A stretch of 64,000 nt of DNA from Eledone cirrhosa (lineage: Eukaryota), in NCBI GenBank assembly GCA_964016885.1, contig OZ024751.1:52762001-52826000 (forward strand). Direction: 5' to 3'. Below are positions 35,321 to 48,969 of this stretch, piece after piece (positions within the stretch are counted from its first letter, which is position 1; each line of letters begins with the position of its first letter). A program made the translations under genes and the position numbers. The notes beneath the pieces were generated by a model, which saw only the letters and a list, made by a program, of their open reading frames with translations, was not told the DNA's origin and ran no database searches.

Positions 35321-35760
35321 ATCATCATCCTCATCGATTAACGTCCAACTTCCACGGTAACATGGGTTAGATGGGTCCTATTTTGAGGCAAGTTGTGTTG
35401 GATGACCGTGCCTTGCTCATATAGGGGTGTTTCTATATATATATATTATCATCATCATCATCATATGTCCATTTTCTATGCTAGCATGGGTTAGACAGGT
35501 TGTCTTATTTGAGGCAAGTCGAGGTCAGATGACCATGTTTTGCTCATACAGAACCGATTTTGGCTTCGTTTCTACGGCTGGATGGGTTTTTCAGTACAGC
35601 ATATATCCATTTGTCTTATTCCTTCAATATCTCCTCTTTAAGTGATCTGAGATCAGTTCTCACCACCTCCAGCCAGGGCTTCCTTCCACTGGCATTTCCT
35701 GGCACTTCTTCACCCATCGATCATCATCCATGTGCATCATATATCTATACCAACGCAATC
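35321..35760 (-). mobile_element. Two RTE-type 3' tail fragments and degraded LINE sequence
   Basis: (CAT)n followed by ..ATGCTAGCATGGGTTAGA.., as at 8817-8960. Confidence 0.6.
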
Positions 35761-35774
35761 TTCTCTCTTGCGAT

Positions 35775-36357
35775 AAACCAGTTCAAAGCCACAGTCATGT
35801 GCAGCAGTTATTGAAATCAAGGACTTGTGTGCTGGAGCGTTGTCCTGATGAAACAACCTTTTTCATTAATTTTCCTGGGCATTTGGTCTTGATAGCCTTT
35901 TGTAACAGCCTCAGCAGGTTGGCATAGTACTCTCCCTTGATGGTGAGGCTCTTTTGAAGATAATCCATAAACACACTACCATTTGAATCCCCCCAAAATG
36001 AGGCCATCACCTTCCCTGCAGATGAAACGACTTTGGCCCTTTTTTGAGCAGGTGAAGGGAGGTGTTTCCACTGCATGGATTGTCTCTTTGTCTCTGGCTC
36101 AAAGTGATGAACCCAATACTCATCCTTTTTCTACAGGTACTTGATAACATCACAATACCAAATTTTGTCCATTTTCAAGAGAAGTTGCTTCTAGTTATTT
36201 TTTAAGTCTTCTTTGAACAGTCAGATGTCAGTTTACCTGGAAAGAAACAATGCAGTTTATTAATAAGAAGAGTTGAAATTAATGCATGCAAGATTTCACT
36301 GCTCTAGCATCACTCCTTCATTATCAGCCTATGAACTTTTTAGCCTCCCCTTGTATA
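35775..36357 (-). mobile_element. Internally deleted mariner transposon
   Basis: MQWKHLPSP..KAKVVSSAGKVMASFWGD..DYLQK..TIKGEYYANLL; HQDNAPAH in a shifted frame; TIR-like TACAAGGGGAGGCTAAAAAGTTCATAGGCTG at 36325-36355. Confidence 0.85.
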
Positions 36358-36755
36358 TACGAGGGAAATCCCAAAAGTAAGGTCTCCTTCCTATATTGCA
36401 ACTTTTCCGTTAGAATCCTGTGGATGGTGCTTCGGGAAACCTCAGGAACCAAAATGCAGAGAGCATCCAGAGTGATCCGCCGATCTTTTTGCATGTTTTC
36501 TTCGGAAGGAGACCTTACTTTTTGGATTTCCCTCATATATAATAACTGCATGAAATTCGCACTTGGCGGTAGCGTTCAACGGGAGCTCCCTTCTCAACGG
36601 CTGCCAAGCCAAGATTGAGCATCCCAGCGAAGCACGCGCATGCTTGTTTGGGAGTGAAGGAAGCACCAATCACAACAGTGTTGCCAACAGCTGTACGAAC
36701 AGTTTCTCTGCGTCCCCATCGCTTTGGAGACCTTACTTTTGGGATTACTCTTGTG
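36358..36755 (-). mobile_element. Mariner-derived non-autonomous element with three TIR copies
   Basis: TACGAGGGAAATCCCAAAAGTAAGGTCTCC at 36358, inverted at 36508-36537 and 36726-36755; HTH remnant DRRITLDAL..VSRSTIHRILTEKLQYRK. Confidence 0.8.
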
Positions 36756-37124
36756 TAATAAAGTAAGGAGCGCGGGACTGCGTAGAGTTTATAATTTTTT
36801 ATCACATTAGTAAAATAAGTTGCATTACTTTGAATAAATAATGAATGAATATTACATAATTTATCTACTAAATTTCGTGGCTGTTGATTTAAATATATTT
36901 TGTCTATTTAAAGATTCACTTCTTTAAAATTTCTATGTATTATATATTGTCAATTACGATTTTATTTGATGCTAGCAGAAAACCACCCGAGGGTGGTTTT
37001 CTGCTAGTATATATAATGGCTGGCCGAACACATTGTCTAATTAGTTGTTAATTCTAATTAGCTGAGCATCAGGAGCACCAAACGACTTGGCATGGCATAG
37101 CGCCAGCACTGCGTATAGTCAACA

Positions 37125-37460
37125 CCTGCACTGCATATATTGTTGCACTCAATATAACCAACAGCGGCACTGCATATATTTGGTGCACTCTATAACCAAC
37201 ACCAACACTGCATATATTTTGTGCACTCTATATAACCAACACCATCACTGCATATATTTTGTGCACTCTATAACCAACACCAGCACTGCATATATTTTGT
37301 GCACTCTATAATGAACACTAGCACTGCATATATTTACTGCACTATATATAACCAACACTGCATATATTTGCTGCACTATATAACCAGCACTGCATTTATT
37401 TGGTGCACTTTATAGCCAACACCTGTCTGCACATATTTGCTGCATTCTATAACCAACACA
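37125..37460. repeat. Minisatellite, unit about 35-39 bp
   Basis: Repeated CACTGCATATATTTGGTGCACTCTATAACCAACAC. Confidence 0.85.
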
Positions 37461-38239
37461 CTGGATATTCCATATTCTTACCTGAGTGGAACCATTGCCT
37501 GCAGTATTAGGTGCATATTGGAAAGTGTACTGATATGCATATTATAGGAGTGTGCAGTGAAGATGTGCATGTATTCTACGAAGTTACAATAAGCACCACT
37601 ACATCTCAGGTTCTCTTGGCAATTGTACAGCTTAAATGTTATTGAATTTCTACTGGCTCTTTTCCTATAAACTGAACAACACCAATTTCCGGCCATTGTT
37701 GTTCTGTGAATATTTGTAGAGTCTTCTATTGAGTTTTTTTAAAAATATTTTTTCCTACTGGGAGAAACTGAACATTTCCAAAGAAATTTATCTGACACTG
37801 AGTTCTTTCTTAGATAATTAAAGCTTCCAAATGAAAAATGGGAGTAAAAAAAATTCAAACTTACAGCTGCCCTCATTCAAGGTTGTATCTCATAAAAGGT
37901 TTCTTAGGTGGTTTGATGAGAAGGGTCCCTGTCCTAGAAAATACAAGTTTGAAACAGAAAGAAGTTGTTTTGTGTGTGTGTGTTAAAATTCTTAGCTCAC
38001 ACCTATGTAGGTTCAGCTGCTCTCATTCATGGTGGTATCTCATAAGAGGCTTTTTGAGTATTTTAATGATAAGTGGCCCTGGCTTGGAAAATGAATGAAT
38101 GTTTAAAACACAAAGGAGTTTTGTCTGTGTTAAAATTCTTCACCAAATATATAATTAATTGAGATGATACAAAATAATTATCAGACTCTCAACCTGACAT
38201 CATTAGTTGGTCAGCCACAGCAAACATTCTTGTCATTAC

Positions 38240-41200
38240 ATCATTACACTGTGACCTCACATTACACTGTTGACCACACACTATACTGTTGACCACACAC
38301 TATACTGTTGAACTCACACTACACTGCCGACCTCACATTACACCATTGACCTCACATTACACCATTGACCTCACACTATACTGTTGACCTCACATTACAC
38401 CGTTGACCTCACATTACACCGTTGACCTCACATTACACCGTTGACCTCACATTACACCGTTGACCTCACATTACTCCGTTGATCTCACACTATACTGTTG
38501 ACCTCACACTACACTGCCGACCTCACAGTACACTGCTAACCTCACACTACACTGCTGACCTCATGCTACACTGCCGACCTCACACTACACAGCCGACCTC
38601 ACACTACACAGCCGACCTCACACTACACTGCCGAACTCACACTACACTGCCGAACTCACACTACACTGCCGACCTCACACTACACTGCTGACCTCACGCT
38701 ACACTGCCGACCTCACACTACACTGCCGACCTCACGCTACACTGCTGACCTCACACTACACTGCCGACCTCACACTACACTGCCGACCTCACACTACACT
38801 GCCGACCTCATACTACACTGCCGACCTCACATCACACTGCCGACCTCACATTACACCGCCGACCTCACATTACACCGCCGACCTCACATTACACCGCCGA
38901 CCTCACATTACACTCCTGACCTCACATCACACTGCCGACCTCACATCACACCGTCGACCTCACATTACACCGTCGACCTCACATTACACCGTTGATCTCA
39001 CACTATACTGTTGACCTCACACTACACTGCCGACCTCACACTACACTGCCGACCTCACACTACACTGCTGACCTCACACTACACTGGTGACCTCACGCTA
39101 CACTGTCGACCTCACACTACACTGCTGACCTCACACTACACTGCCGACCTCACACTACACTGCCAACGTCACACTACACTGCCGACCTCACACTACACTG
39201 CCGACCTCATATCACACTGCCGACCTCACATTACACCGCCGACCTCACATTACACCGCCGACCTCACATTACACTCCTGACCTCACATTACACTGCCGAC
39301 CTCAATTTACACTGCTGACCTCACATAACATTGCCGACCTCACCTTACACTGTCTACTCCACATTACACTGCTGACCCCATGCAACATTGCCGACCTCAC
39401 ATTACACTGCTGACCTCACATTACACTGTCTACTCCACATTACACTGCCGACCTCACATTACACTGCCGACCTCATTTTACACTGCCAACATCACATTAA
39501 ACTGCTGACCTCACATTACACTGTCAACCAGCCAACCTCACACTACACTGCCGACCTAACATTACACTGCCGACCTCACATTACACTGCAGACCTCACAC
39601 TACACTGCCGACCTCACACTACACTGCCGACGTCACACCACACTGCCGACCTCACACTACACTGCCGACCTCACACTACACTGCCGACTTCACACTACAC
39701 TGCCGACCTCACACTACGCTGCCGACCTCACACTACACTGCCGACCTCACATCACACTGCCGACCTCACATCACACTGCCGACCTCACATCACACTGCCG
39801 ACCTCACATTACACCGCCGACCTCACATTACACTCCTGACCTCGCATTACACTGCCGACCTCAATTTACACTGCTGACCTCACATAACATTGCCGACCTC
39901 ACCTTACACTGTCTACTCCACATTATACTGCTGACCCCACATAACATTGCCGACCTCACATTACACTGCTGACCTCACATTACACTGTCTACTCCACATT
40001 ACACTGCCGACCTCACATTACACTGCCGACCTCATTTTACACTGCCAACATCACATTACACTGTTGACCTCACATTACACTGTCAACCAGCCAACCTCAC
40101 ACTACACTGCCGACCTCACATTACACTGCCGACCTCACACTACACTGCCGACCTCACATTACACTGCCGACCTCACATTACACTGCAGACCTCACACTAC
40201 ACTGCCGACCTCACACCACACTGCCGACCTCACACTACACTGCCGACCTCACGCTACACTGCCGACTTCACACTACACTGCTGACCTCACACTACACTGC
40301 CGACCTCACACCACACTGCTGACCTCACACTACACTGCCGACCTGACACCACACTGCCGACCTCGCATCACACTGCCGACCTCACACCACACTGCCGACT
40401 TCACATCACACTGCCGACCTCACATTACACCGTTGACCTCACATTACACCGTTGATCTCACACTACACTGCTGACCTCACACTACACTGCCGACCTCACA
40501 CTACACTGCCGACCTCACACTACACTGCCGACCTCACACTACACTGCCGACGTCACACCACACTGCCGACCTCACACTACACTGCCGACCTCACACTACA
40601 CTGCCGACTTCACACTACACTGCCGACCTCACACTACACTGCCGACTTCACACTACACTGCCGACCACACACTACACTGCCGACCTCACACTACACTGCC
40701 GACCTCACACTACATTGCCGACCTCACACCACACTGCCGACCTCACACCACACTGCCGACCTCACACCACACTGCCGACCTCACACCACACTGCCGACCT
40801 CACACCACACTGCCGACCTCACATCACACTACCGACCTCACATCACACCGTCGACCTCACATAACACTGGTGACCTCACATTACACCCCCGACCTCACAT
40901 TACACTGCCGACCTCACATTACACTGCCGACCTCACTTTACACTGCCTACTCCACATTACACTGCCAACATCACATTACACTGCCGACCTCACATTACAC
41001 TGTCGACCAGCCAACCTCACATTACACTGCCGACCTCACATAGCACTGCTGACCTCATATTACACTGCCGACCTAACATTACACTGCCGACCTAACATCA
41101 CACTGCCGACCTCACATTACACTGCCGACCTCACATTACACTGTTGACCTCACATTACACTGCCAGCCCCACATTACACTGTTGACCTCACATTATATTG

Positions 41201-42880
41201 CCGACCTCACATTACACTGCCGACCTCACATTACACTGTCGACATCAGATTACACTGTTGACCTCACATTACACTGTCGACCCTACATTACTCTGTTGAC
41301 CTCACATTACTCTGTCGACCCCAGATTACACTGTTGACCTCACACTACACTGCCGACCTCACACTGCCGACCTCACACTGCCGACCTCACACTACACTGC
41401 CGACCTCACACTACACTGCCGACCTCACACTACACTGCCGACCTCACATCACACTGCTGACCTCACATTACACTGCCGACCTCACATTACACTGTCGACC
41501 AGCCAACCTCACATTACACTGCCGACCTAACATTACACTGCCGACCTAACATTACACTGCCGACCTCACACTACACTGCCGACCTCACACTACACTGCCG
41601 TCCTCACAAGACACTGCCGTCCTCACACGACACTGCCGACCTCACACTACACTGCCGACCTCACACTACACTGCCGACCTCACACTACACTGCCGACCTC
41701 ACACTACACTGCCGACCTCACACTACACTGCCAACCTCACATTACACTGCCGACCTCACATCACACTGCCGACCTCACATCACACTGCCGACCTCACATC
41801 ACACTGCCGACCTCACATCACACTCCCGACCTCACATCACACTGCCGACCTCACATCACACTGCTGACCTCACATCACACTGCCGACCTCACATCACACT
41901 CCTGACCTCACATTACACCGCCGACCTCACATTACACTCCCGACCTCACATCACACTGCCGACCTCAGATTACACCGTCGACCTCACATTACACCGTCGA
42001 TTTCACATTACACCGTCGACCTCACATTACACCGTCGACCTCACATTACACCGCCGACCTCACATTACACTCCCGACCTCACATTACACTCCCGACCTCA
42101 CATTACACTGCCGACCTCACATTACACTGCCGACCTCACCTTACACTGCCTACTCCACATTACACTGCCTACTCCACATTACACTGCCTACTCCACATTA
42201 CACTGCCGACCTCACATTACACTGCCGACCTCATTTTACACTGCCAACATCACATTACACTGCTGACCCCACATTACACTGTCAACCAGCCAACCTCACA
42301 TTACACTGCCGACCTCACATAACACTGGTGACCTCATATTACACTGCCGACCTCACATTACACTGCCGACCTCACATTACACTGCCGACCTCACATTACA
42401 CTGCCGACCCCACATTACACGGTTGACCTCACATTACACTGCCAGCCCCACATTACACTGCCAGCCCCACATTACACTGCCAACCCCACATTACACTGTC
42501 GACCTCACATTATACTGCCGACATCAGATTACACTGTCGACCTCAGATTACACTGTCGACCTTACATTACACTGTAAACTTCACATTACTCTGTTTACCT
42601 CACATTACTCTGTTTACCTCACATTACACTGTTGACCTCACATTACTCTGTTGACCTCACATTACTCTGTCGACCCCAGATTACACTGTTGACCTCACAT
42701 TACACTGTCGACCTCACATTACTCTGTCAACCTCGCATTACTCTATCGACCTCACATTACACTGTTGACCTACATTACTCTGTTGAGCTCACATTACACT
42801 GTTGACCTACATTACTCTGTTGAGCTCACATTACACTGCGTATTCTACATTACACTGCCTACCCCACATTACACTGTCAA
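38240..42880. repeat. 19-bp minisatellite (ACCTCACAYTACACTGCCG)n, about 4.6 kb
   Basis: Direct reading; explains all the TSHYTADLTLHCRPH ORFs. Confidence 0.97.
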
Positions 42881-43594
42881 TACTGAATCTCTATGAAAAT
42901 GACATTAAGAGTAAATCTACGCATGGAATGGAATGCTCAGCTACTCACATTAATTTCAGGAGTAGGCTATGCTATTGACCAAACCACTATAACACAGGTC
43001 AAAACCAACGGAGGTCCATTCCATATATATTGTAAAACCCCCCACCTCAAATCATTGTTTTCATCTCTAAACATGAGATAAATAGTTGAAAGGGATTATT
43101 ATTTTCTATTTATTTACATCTTAGTCTAGTTAGCAATGTGTTAATATCGTTGATAAATATTCCACTCCTACCAGCCATTCATAGGGGTCAGCTGACATTA
43201 AGGAAAGTTATGTTGGTTTTTTTTTTTACATTTAGTTTTATTTATTTTATTTTTTTTAGTGTTGACATTTAATTTTTCACAATCTAGAATTGATGGGATG
43301 ACTTCTTATATTGCAAACCTGGACATTTGGAAATTGTTGAAGAGTGTTATATATATCTATAGAGAGAGAGACACACACACTCATATATATATCAGAGGAA
43401 GCAGGCATCAAATGATATGTTTTATATATATACACACACACACGCACACGCACACGCACACGCACACGCACACACGCACACACACACACACACATATATT
43501 AGAAGTGGGCATTAAATGATGAATGTGTATATGTATGTATGTATACACACACACACTCACACAACCAGAAAAAGCAGGCATTAAATTATGAGTT

Positions 43595-43639
<45 letters not shown>

Positions 43640-43909
43640 TCCTACTGTCACTTCAATGGGTTTTCAAATCATTACCATATTATCATTCCAATGGGCAAAC
43701 AGGTTTAAACTTGACCTTTAACTAAATGTAGACTGTTGTTGTTGTTGTTTTCAACTTCTGTAAAAGGTTGATAGTTTATCTCCTCACTATGAAGAGAAAG
43801 CAGAGTAATATGCTAACCAAGCAGTTTTAAAAGTTATATATGTTTTCAATCCATTACTGTTGACCATTTGGTAACGGATTTAATTCAATCCAGAACCTTA
43901 TTTGTGATG

Positions 43910-44325
43910 GGACGCCACGTGTCCTAACGGTTAAGGTCTTGGACTCAGTGTCATATAGTTGTTGGTTGGATTCTTGGACCAGGTAGTGTATTGTGTTCTT
44001 GAACAAGACTCTTCATTTCATGTTGCTTTTCATGATAGGACTGGGGTCCCTATCATTAAAACACCTAAGAAATCTTTTATGAGATGCAAACTCATAGGAG
44101 GCCAGCTAAATCTGATTATGTGTGTGAGCTGAAACGTGATAGGACTGGTGACCCTATCATTAAAACACCTAAGACACCTTGTATCAGATGACATCTCATA
44201 AACTTGCATATATGTGTGAGCTTTAAGAACAACAACATGATAGGACTGGGACCCCTATCATTAAAATGCCCAAGGCCACACATCTCCACGTAGGAGGCCA
44301 CCTAAACCCGCATAGGTGTGAACTG
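43910..44325 (+). mobile_element. tRNA-derived SINE with CORE-like segment and triplicated 3' module
   Basis: A/B-box-like head, TTGTGTTCTTGAACAAGAC core, and GATAGGACTGGGGTCCCTATCATTAAAACACC three times. Relatives at 37850-38100, 45950-46180, 53350-53555 and 61240-61415. Confidence 0.6.
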
Positions 44326-46224
44326 TAAATTTCATTTCATTCAATCACTAGGCCACACACCTCATTAAAGATAGAGATATAGAACATACTAAATATTTAG
44401 TATAGAGTATGAAGGAGCAGTATCTGTAGCCCTAGAGTGCCCTCATAGGCAATACTGTAATTATTTTAGTGGTAAGCCAGCAGTAGGTCAGTGACTGTAG
44501 ATTGCTGGAGTGTTCAGGAGTTGTTGGTGGTCAATAGGGTATTTGTGGGTAGGGTGTTGAATTTGAAGCAATTAGAAAATGGGAGGTTGTTGTTATTTAG
44601 TGCCAGGTCAAATATATTGCAGCCATGACCATTTCATTAGTTTTCCTGTTTGTAGGGAACCCAGGACCACATAATATTTTTTTAAATGTAACTTGAGGGT
44701 TCATGAGTGTAAGGTTGTGAGTTGAAATCCTAGTGGCATGTAGTGTCTTTGAGCAAGACACTTTACTTCATATTGGCAAAAATGAGTTGTACCAGTAATT
44801 CAAAAGTCCAGCCTTGTCACATCTTGTGTCATACTGAATCTCCCTGAGAACTATTTTAAAGGTACCCATGTCTATGGAATACTCAGCCACTTGCACATTA
44901 ATTTTACAAGTAGGCTGCTCCATTGATTGAACTGAAACTCTCATCGTCAGCACTGACGGAGGTTTTACACATTTCAATCCAGGAACTCATGTCTTTTTCT
45001 AAAGTATTGGGATGTAATTTAAGGGAGATTTGGCTGCTATTTCTAGTAGTGCAAGTGACAATTTAGAGGTTCTCTCATTGGCTAGAGAATGGGTGAGGTA
45101 TTTCAGTGGTAGTGGGAGTATCTTTCAGGAAATTGAGAGGAATGAGTTTTATTGTATAAGTAAATTAGAAAACAGGTTTTGACTGGCATTTGAAAAGTAG
45201 GGGGACCCCCATCACCGAACAATGACATTTTCAATAAAACAAGTCTTCTTCACTTACTTAAATGTCATAAAATCATTGTATTATGTTGTAGAAGTTTGGT
45301 GAATTGCAGATATTGCTCTCTCAAATCATAATGGTTTCTAATTTAGGCACAAGGTTAGCAGTTTGAGAGAAAGGGGGTAAAATTAATGATATCAACCCCA
45401 GTACTTGACTGGTATGGACTTTATTTTATCAGACCTGGAAGGATGAAGGGCAAAGTTAACCTTGGTAGGGTTTAACAACAACAGCAATAATAATAGTTGC
45501 ATCTAGAATTGAACTGATTTCCTCTACTCTGAAAGATGCTGAGCCAATGAAGGTGTTTGTATGTGGTTACTCATCATGCTAAATCTCTCTCATATCTCAG
45601 CCTCCTGATTATGGTAAGTTCTATGATAGTTCTAGATTCCGTATGTCTAAAACAAAATGATGGGATGGTCATGTTTTTGATAAGTCTATTTGAATAGGGT
45701 AAACTTAAACAAAAACAACAAGATATGAGAGTGCTGATGTGAATATTTTGAGCATATTGTTTATTGTTTATAAATATTTGTTGAGGATATAGCTCAGTGT
45801 GTGAAGTCCTCAACTAGGTTTCAGTCTTCAGTTACAACCATTTATTGTTAAGTAGTCACTTGAGGCCGTTAAAACCTCACAATCATGTATTCCTTATATT
45901 CCAGCAGAAAATCTGATTTTGTTTTTGTTAGTTTTATCCTACTGTATAGCCTAGTAGTTAGGTTGTACTTAACATTCATGGGTTCAATTGCCGGACGAGG
46001 TCGTGTGTTTTGTTCTTGAGCAAGATGCTACATTTCATGTTATTTTTCATGATAGAATTGGGGCCCTTATCATTGTAACACCTGAGAAGCTTCTTATAGG
46101 ATGCAACTTCATAGGAGGTCAGCTCAGCTTACATAAATGTGAACTGTGAGAACAACATGACAGGACTGGAGTTGCTATCAGGTAAAAATCACTTTTGTCA
46201 GCTGATTGAACTGGGGTAACATGA

Positions 46225-46486
46225 ACAGCCTTTACAAGCCACTCATCTACTCGTAGTTTTTTAAGAGCCCACCAAATTATGGCATGGGACACCTTGTCAA
46301 CACTTTCTCCTCCAGATCAACAAATGCCAAGTAGAGTGGCTTACTCTCAGCTAGATACTTCTGTAGCTGCTTCACAAGGAAGAGGGCATTGGTGGTATTT
46401 TTACCTGGCACAAATTGGAACTGCATCTCATCTAGGTTAACTCTGCCCCAAATCAGCTGTGCTATAACTCTTTCTGTTACCTTCAA
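46225..46486 (-). pseudogene. RTE RT fragment
   Basis: KVTERVIAQLI..DEMQF..LYLAFVDLE, homologous to 10255-10520. Confidence 0.85.
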
Positions 46487-48801
46487 TGCATATATCTCTA
46501 TATATCATCACTAAGTACTAGATCATATGTAAATACTATTTACTCTTTTTTTCACTTATATGGGAATTGGTGATCAAACAAAGACAACATGGAGTAACAA
46601 AGACTGTTAGTCATGTCAGGCACTTGATAACTCTGGTGCTTGTGCCAAAATAAAATGCACCCAACACATACACCCTGTAAAGCGGTTGATGTTTAGAGAG
46701 CAACCAGCCATAGAGACCATATAAAAAATTAAATGAGCAATATGTGGTTATCTCCCCTACTTGGGAGGACAGTAACTGGACCATACTGACCAATCCCGTC
46801 CATTCCAGCTGAGAAAGGTGTCTTAAAATGATGATGGTTTTAATGTTTTGTCTTCAAACATTACACATTGTCATCCTGGAAGGGGCTGTGTTGGAGACTC
46901 TTTTGAATATATTCAAGTTACCAAATTGGCAGAGTTAGAACTTCAATTTATATTCCTTGGTATTGGATCACTGGACTATAAGTTCATATCCCACCATGGT
47001 CAACTTTGCTATTCAACCTTTTGAGATGGTAAATTGACAGGATTATTAAGTAGGATGAGATACTTTGTACTACCTGATCTGTCTCTGTGTTTTGAGTTCA
47101 AATCTCACCAAGGCCAAACTTTAACTTTCTTTCTTTCAGAGTTCATAATTAAAGTACTAGTCCAGGGGCAGTGGATTAGCGGAATTATTGGAGTTTAATT
47201 AAATGCTTTGCAGTCTCATGATCTGGATTTGTGTGTTCTGAGTTCAAATCCTAGCACTCATTGCCAGGAACTGCACCGAACAGATAGGTTGAGCAATGGA
47301 AAAACCAATGGAAACATAGTTTCCTTGGTCCAATTTGATAATCAGCTCTTTTAGTTTTTCTCATGTTATTACTGTTGCGGTAATTTCTCCTTTGAACTGC
47401 CAACCAAGTCTTTCAAGATGATTATAAAGATACTTATTTGGCAATTGAGTGGTGCCAATATGACAGTATTTAGCAGTAGAAACTAAGACTGCTTCAAGAG
47501 ATAATAGTTTTACAGTTATGTAGTGTTTGAATTAACAACTAGTAGGTTAGGAATATAGCACCACATTATTTAAGCTGTTGCATTTTTTCAGTCACACTGA
47601 ACTAGCTTTGAAGATTAGTTATGGGAAATTTATAATGATTAATCCCTTTCTTTCCTTTTGCTGTTTTTAATGGTGGTGGTGGTGGTTGCAGTCATTTTGG
47701 TGGTTGTCATGGTGGTGTTGGTGATAGCAGTCATCTTGGTGATAGTGATGGTGGCAGTTTTCGTACTGGTGGTAGCGGTGGTGGATATCGTGGTGGTGGT
47801 TGTGTAAAGATAATCTGCTGCTTCCTTTCATTTTCTTTTCTTTTGATATCTAGGATTATCCTAGTTGGGCTTTTAGGGTATTAAGCAGATCAAGCCGAAC
47901 CTTATTTCTCGTAGATTATTTTACTCCTGTCACATTAACTAAACTACTATTAAGTTGGTGTTGCATGGTTTGTAAATGCAACAGCAGTTTTTTTTACATG
48001 CAGCAATGAATACAAGGTTGCTGCCATTACATACTTGAACGTATTGTTATATTTCATGTATGGTATCAACCTTTTTGTTAACCATATTTCTAATGAAAGC
48101 AACTGCTTATCTGATTTTCAAATACTTTTGAAAATAATCCAAAATTTAGAGTGTACTTCAATATAGATGTGACACTATCTCATGGCACACTGGGCAAGTG
48201 TTTCCTACTGAAGACTCTGGTTGACCAATGCCTTGTGACATCACCAATTGTCTTGTGTCATGGTTTGATGACATAAGCTGGCCATAGAAATGTGTGTTAT
48301 GTAATTGTGCAACATTAAGGGAATATACTGGAACCTGGTCGTCTGTATTCATTGGCATACTCACACACACACACATAATAGGCTTCTGCACAGGTTCCAC
48401 CTACCAAATCTTATTCACGCGGCACTGGTCATACCGAGCCTAAAGTAGAAGTGGCTTGCCCAAGGTACCAGCCATTGGGACTGAACCCAAAACCACATGA
48501 TTTCAAAGTGAACTCCTTAACCACACACCCATACCTATATATATATATAGTATAGGTAATTCAGTGAATTACTAGTGCTGATACCAATATGAGCACTTGA
48601 TACACAGGCAAAGTATATAATGAGAAAAAGTAAGTTTTGTTTATATGTTTTTATGACCTGTTACATGTATTTCACAGATGATTGGCTCAAGGTCCTCTAC
48701 GGAAGCTATGAATCTGATACATATTTAAATATGTGTGTGTATATATATATATATACATACATATACATATAAAAAAGAAAATTTTGCTCTACATGGCTGA
48801 A

Positions 48802-48969
48802 TACAATAAATGTAATCTGAGTTTTTCGAATATTGGCATGCCAACGTAAGAGCAAGAATGAAGTGTTCATTCTACTGACATGGCTATAAAATTGAGGCTT
48901 GTTTGCATAATTGCAAACGAATCAAATGTTATTATTAATATTGGAAAAACTCAGATTACATTTATTATA
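48802..48969. mobile_element. MITE with about 30-bp TIRs, TA-flanked
   Basis: AATAAATGTAATCTGAGTTTTTCGAATATT (48805-48834) inverted at 48937-48966. Confidence 0.65.

Noticed and set aside
37478-37696. Minus-strand ORF ending at a strong CAG|GTAAGA donor
   Set aside because: No recognisable protein and no clear acceptor; insufficient support.
38479-42635. His/Thr-rich repeat protein ORFs, and a CRISPR-like appearance
   Set aside because: A 19-bp head-to-tail tandem repeat read through all frames; no unique spacers and no cas genes.
47670-47810. Gly-rich reading frame (GGSGGGYRGGG)
   Set aside because: Best explained as a decayed (GGT)n microsatellite; no convincing splice sites.
48679-48720. 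Possible exon after TTTCACAG (DDWLKVLYGSYES)
   Set aside because: The acceptor is good, but there is no credible GT donor before the sequence enters microsatellite.
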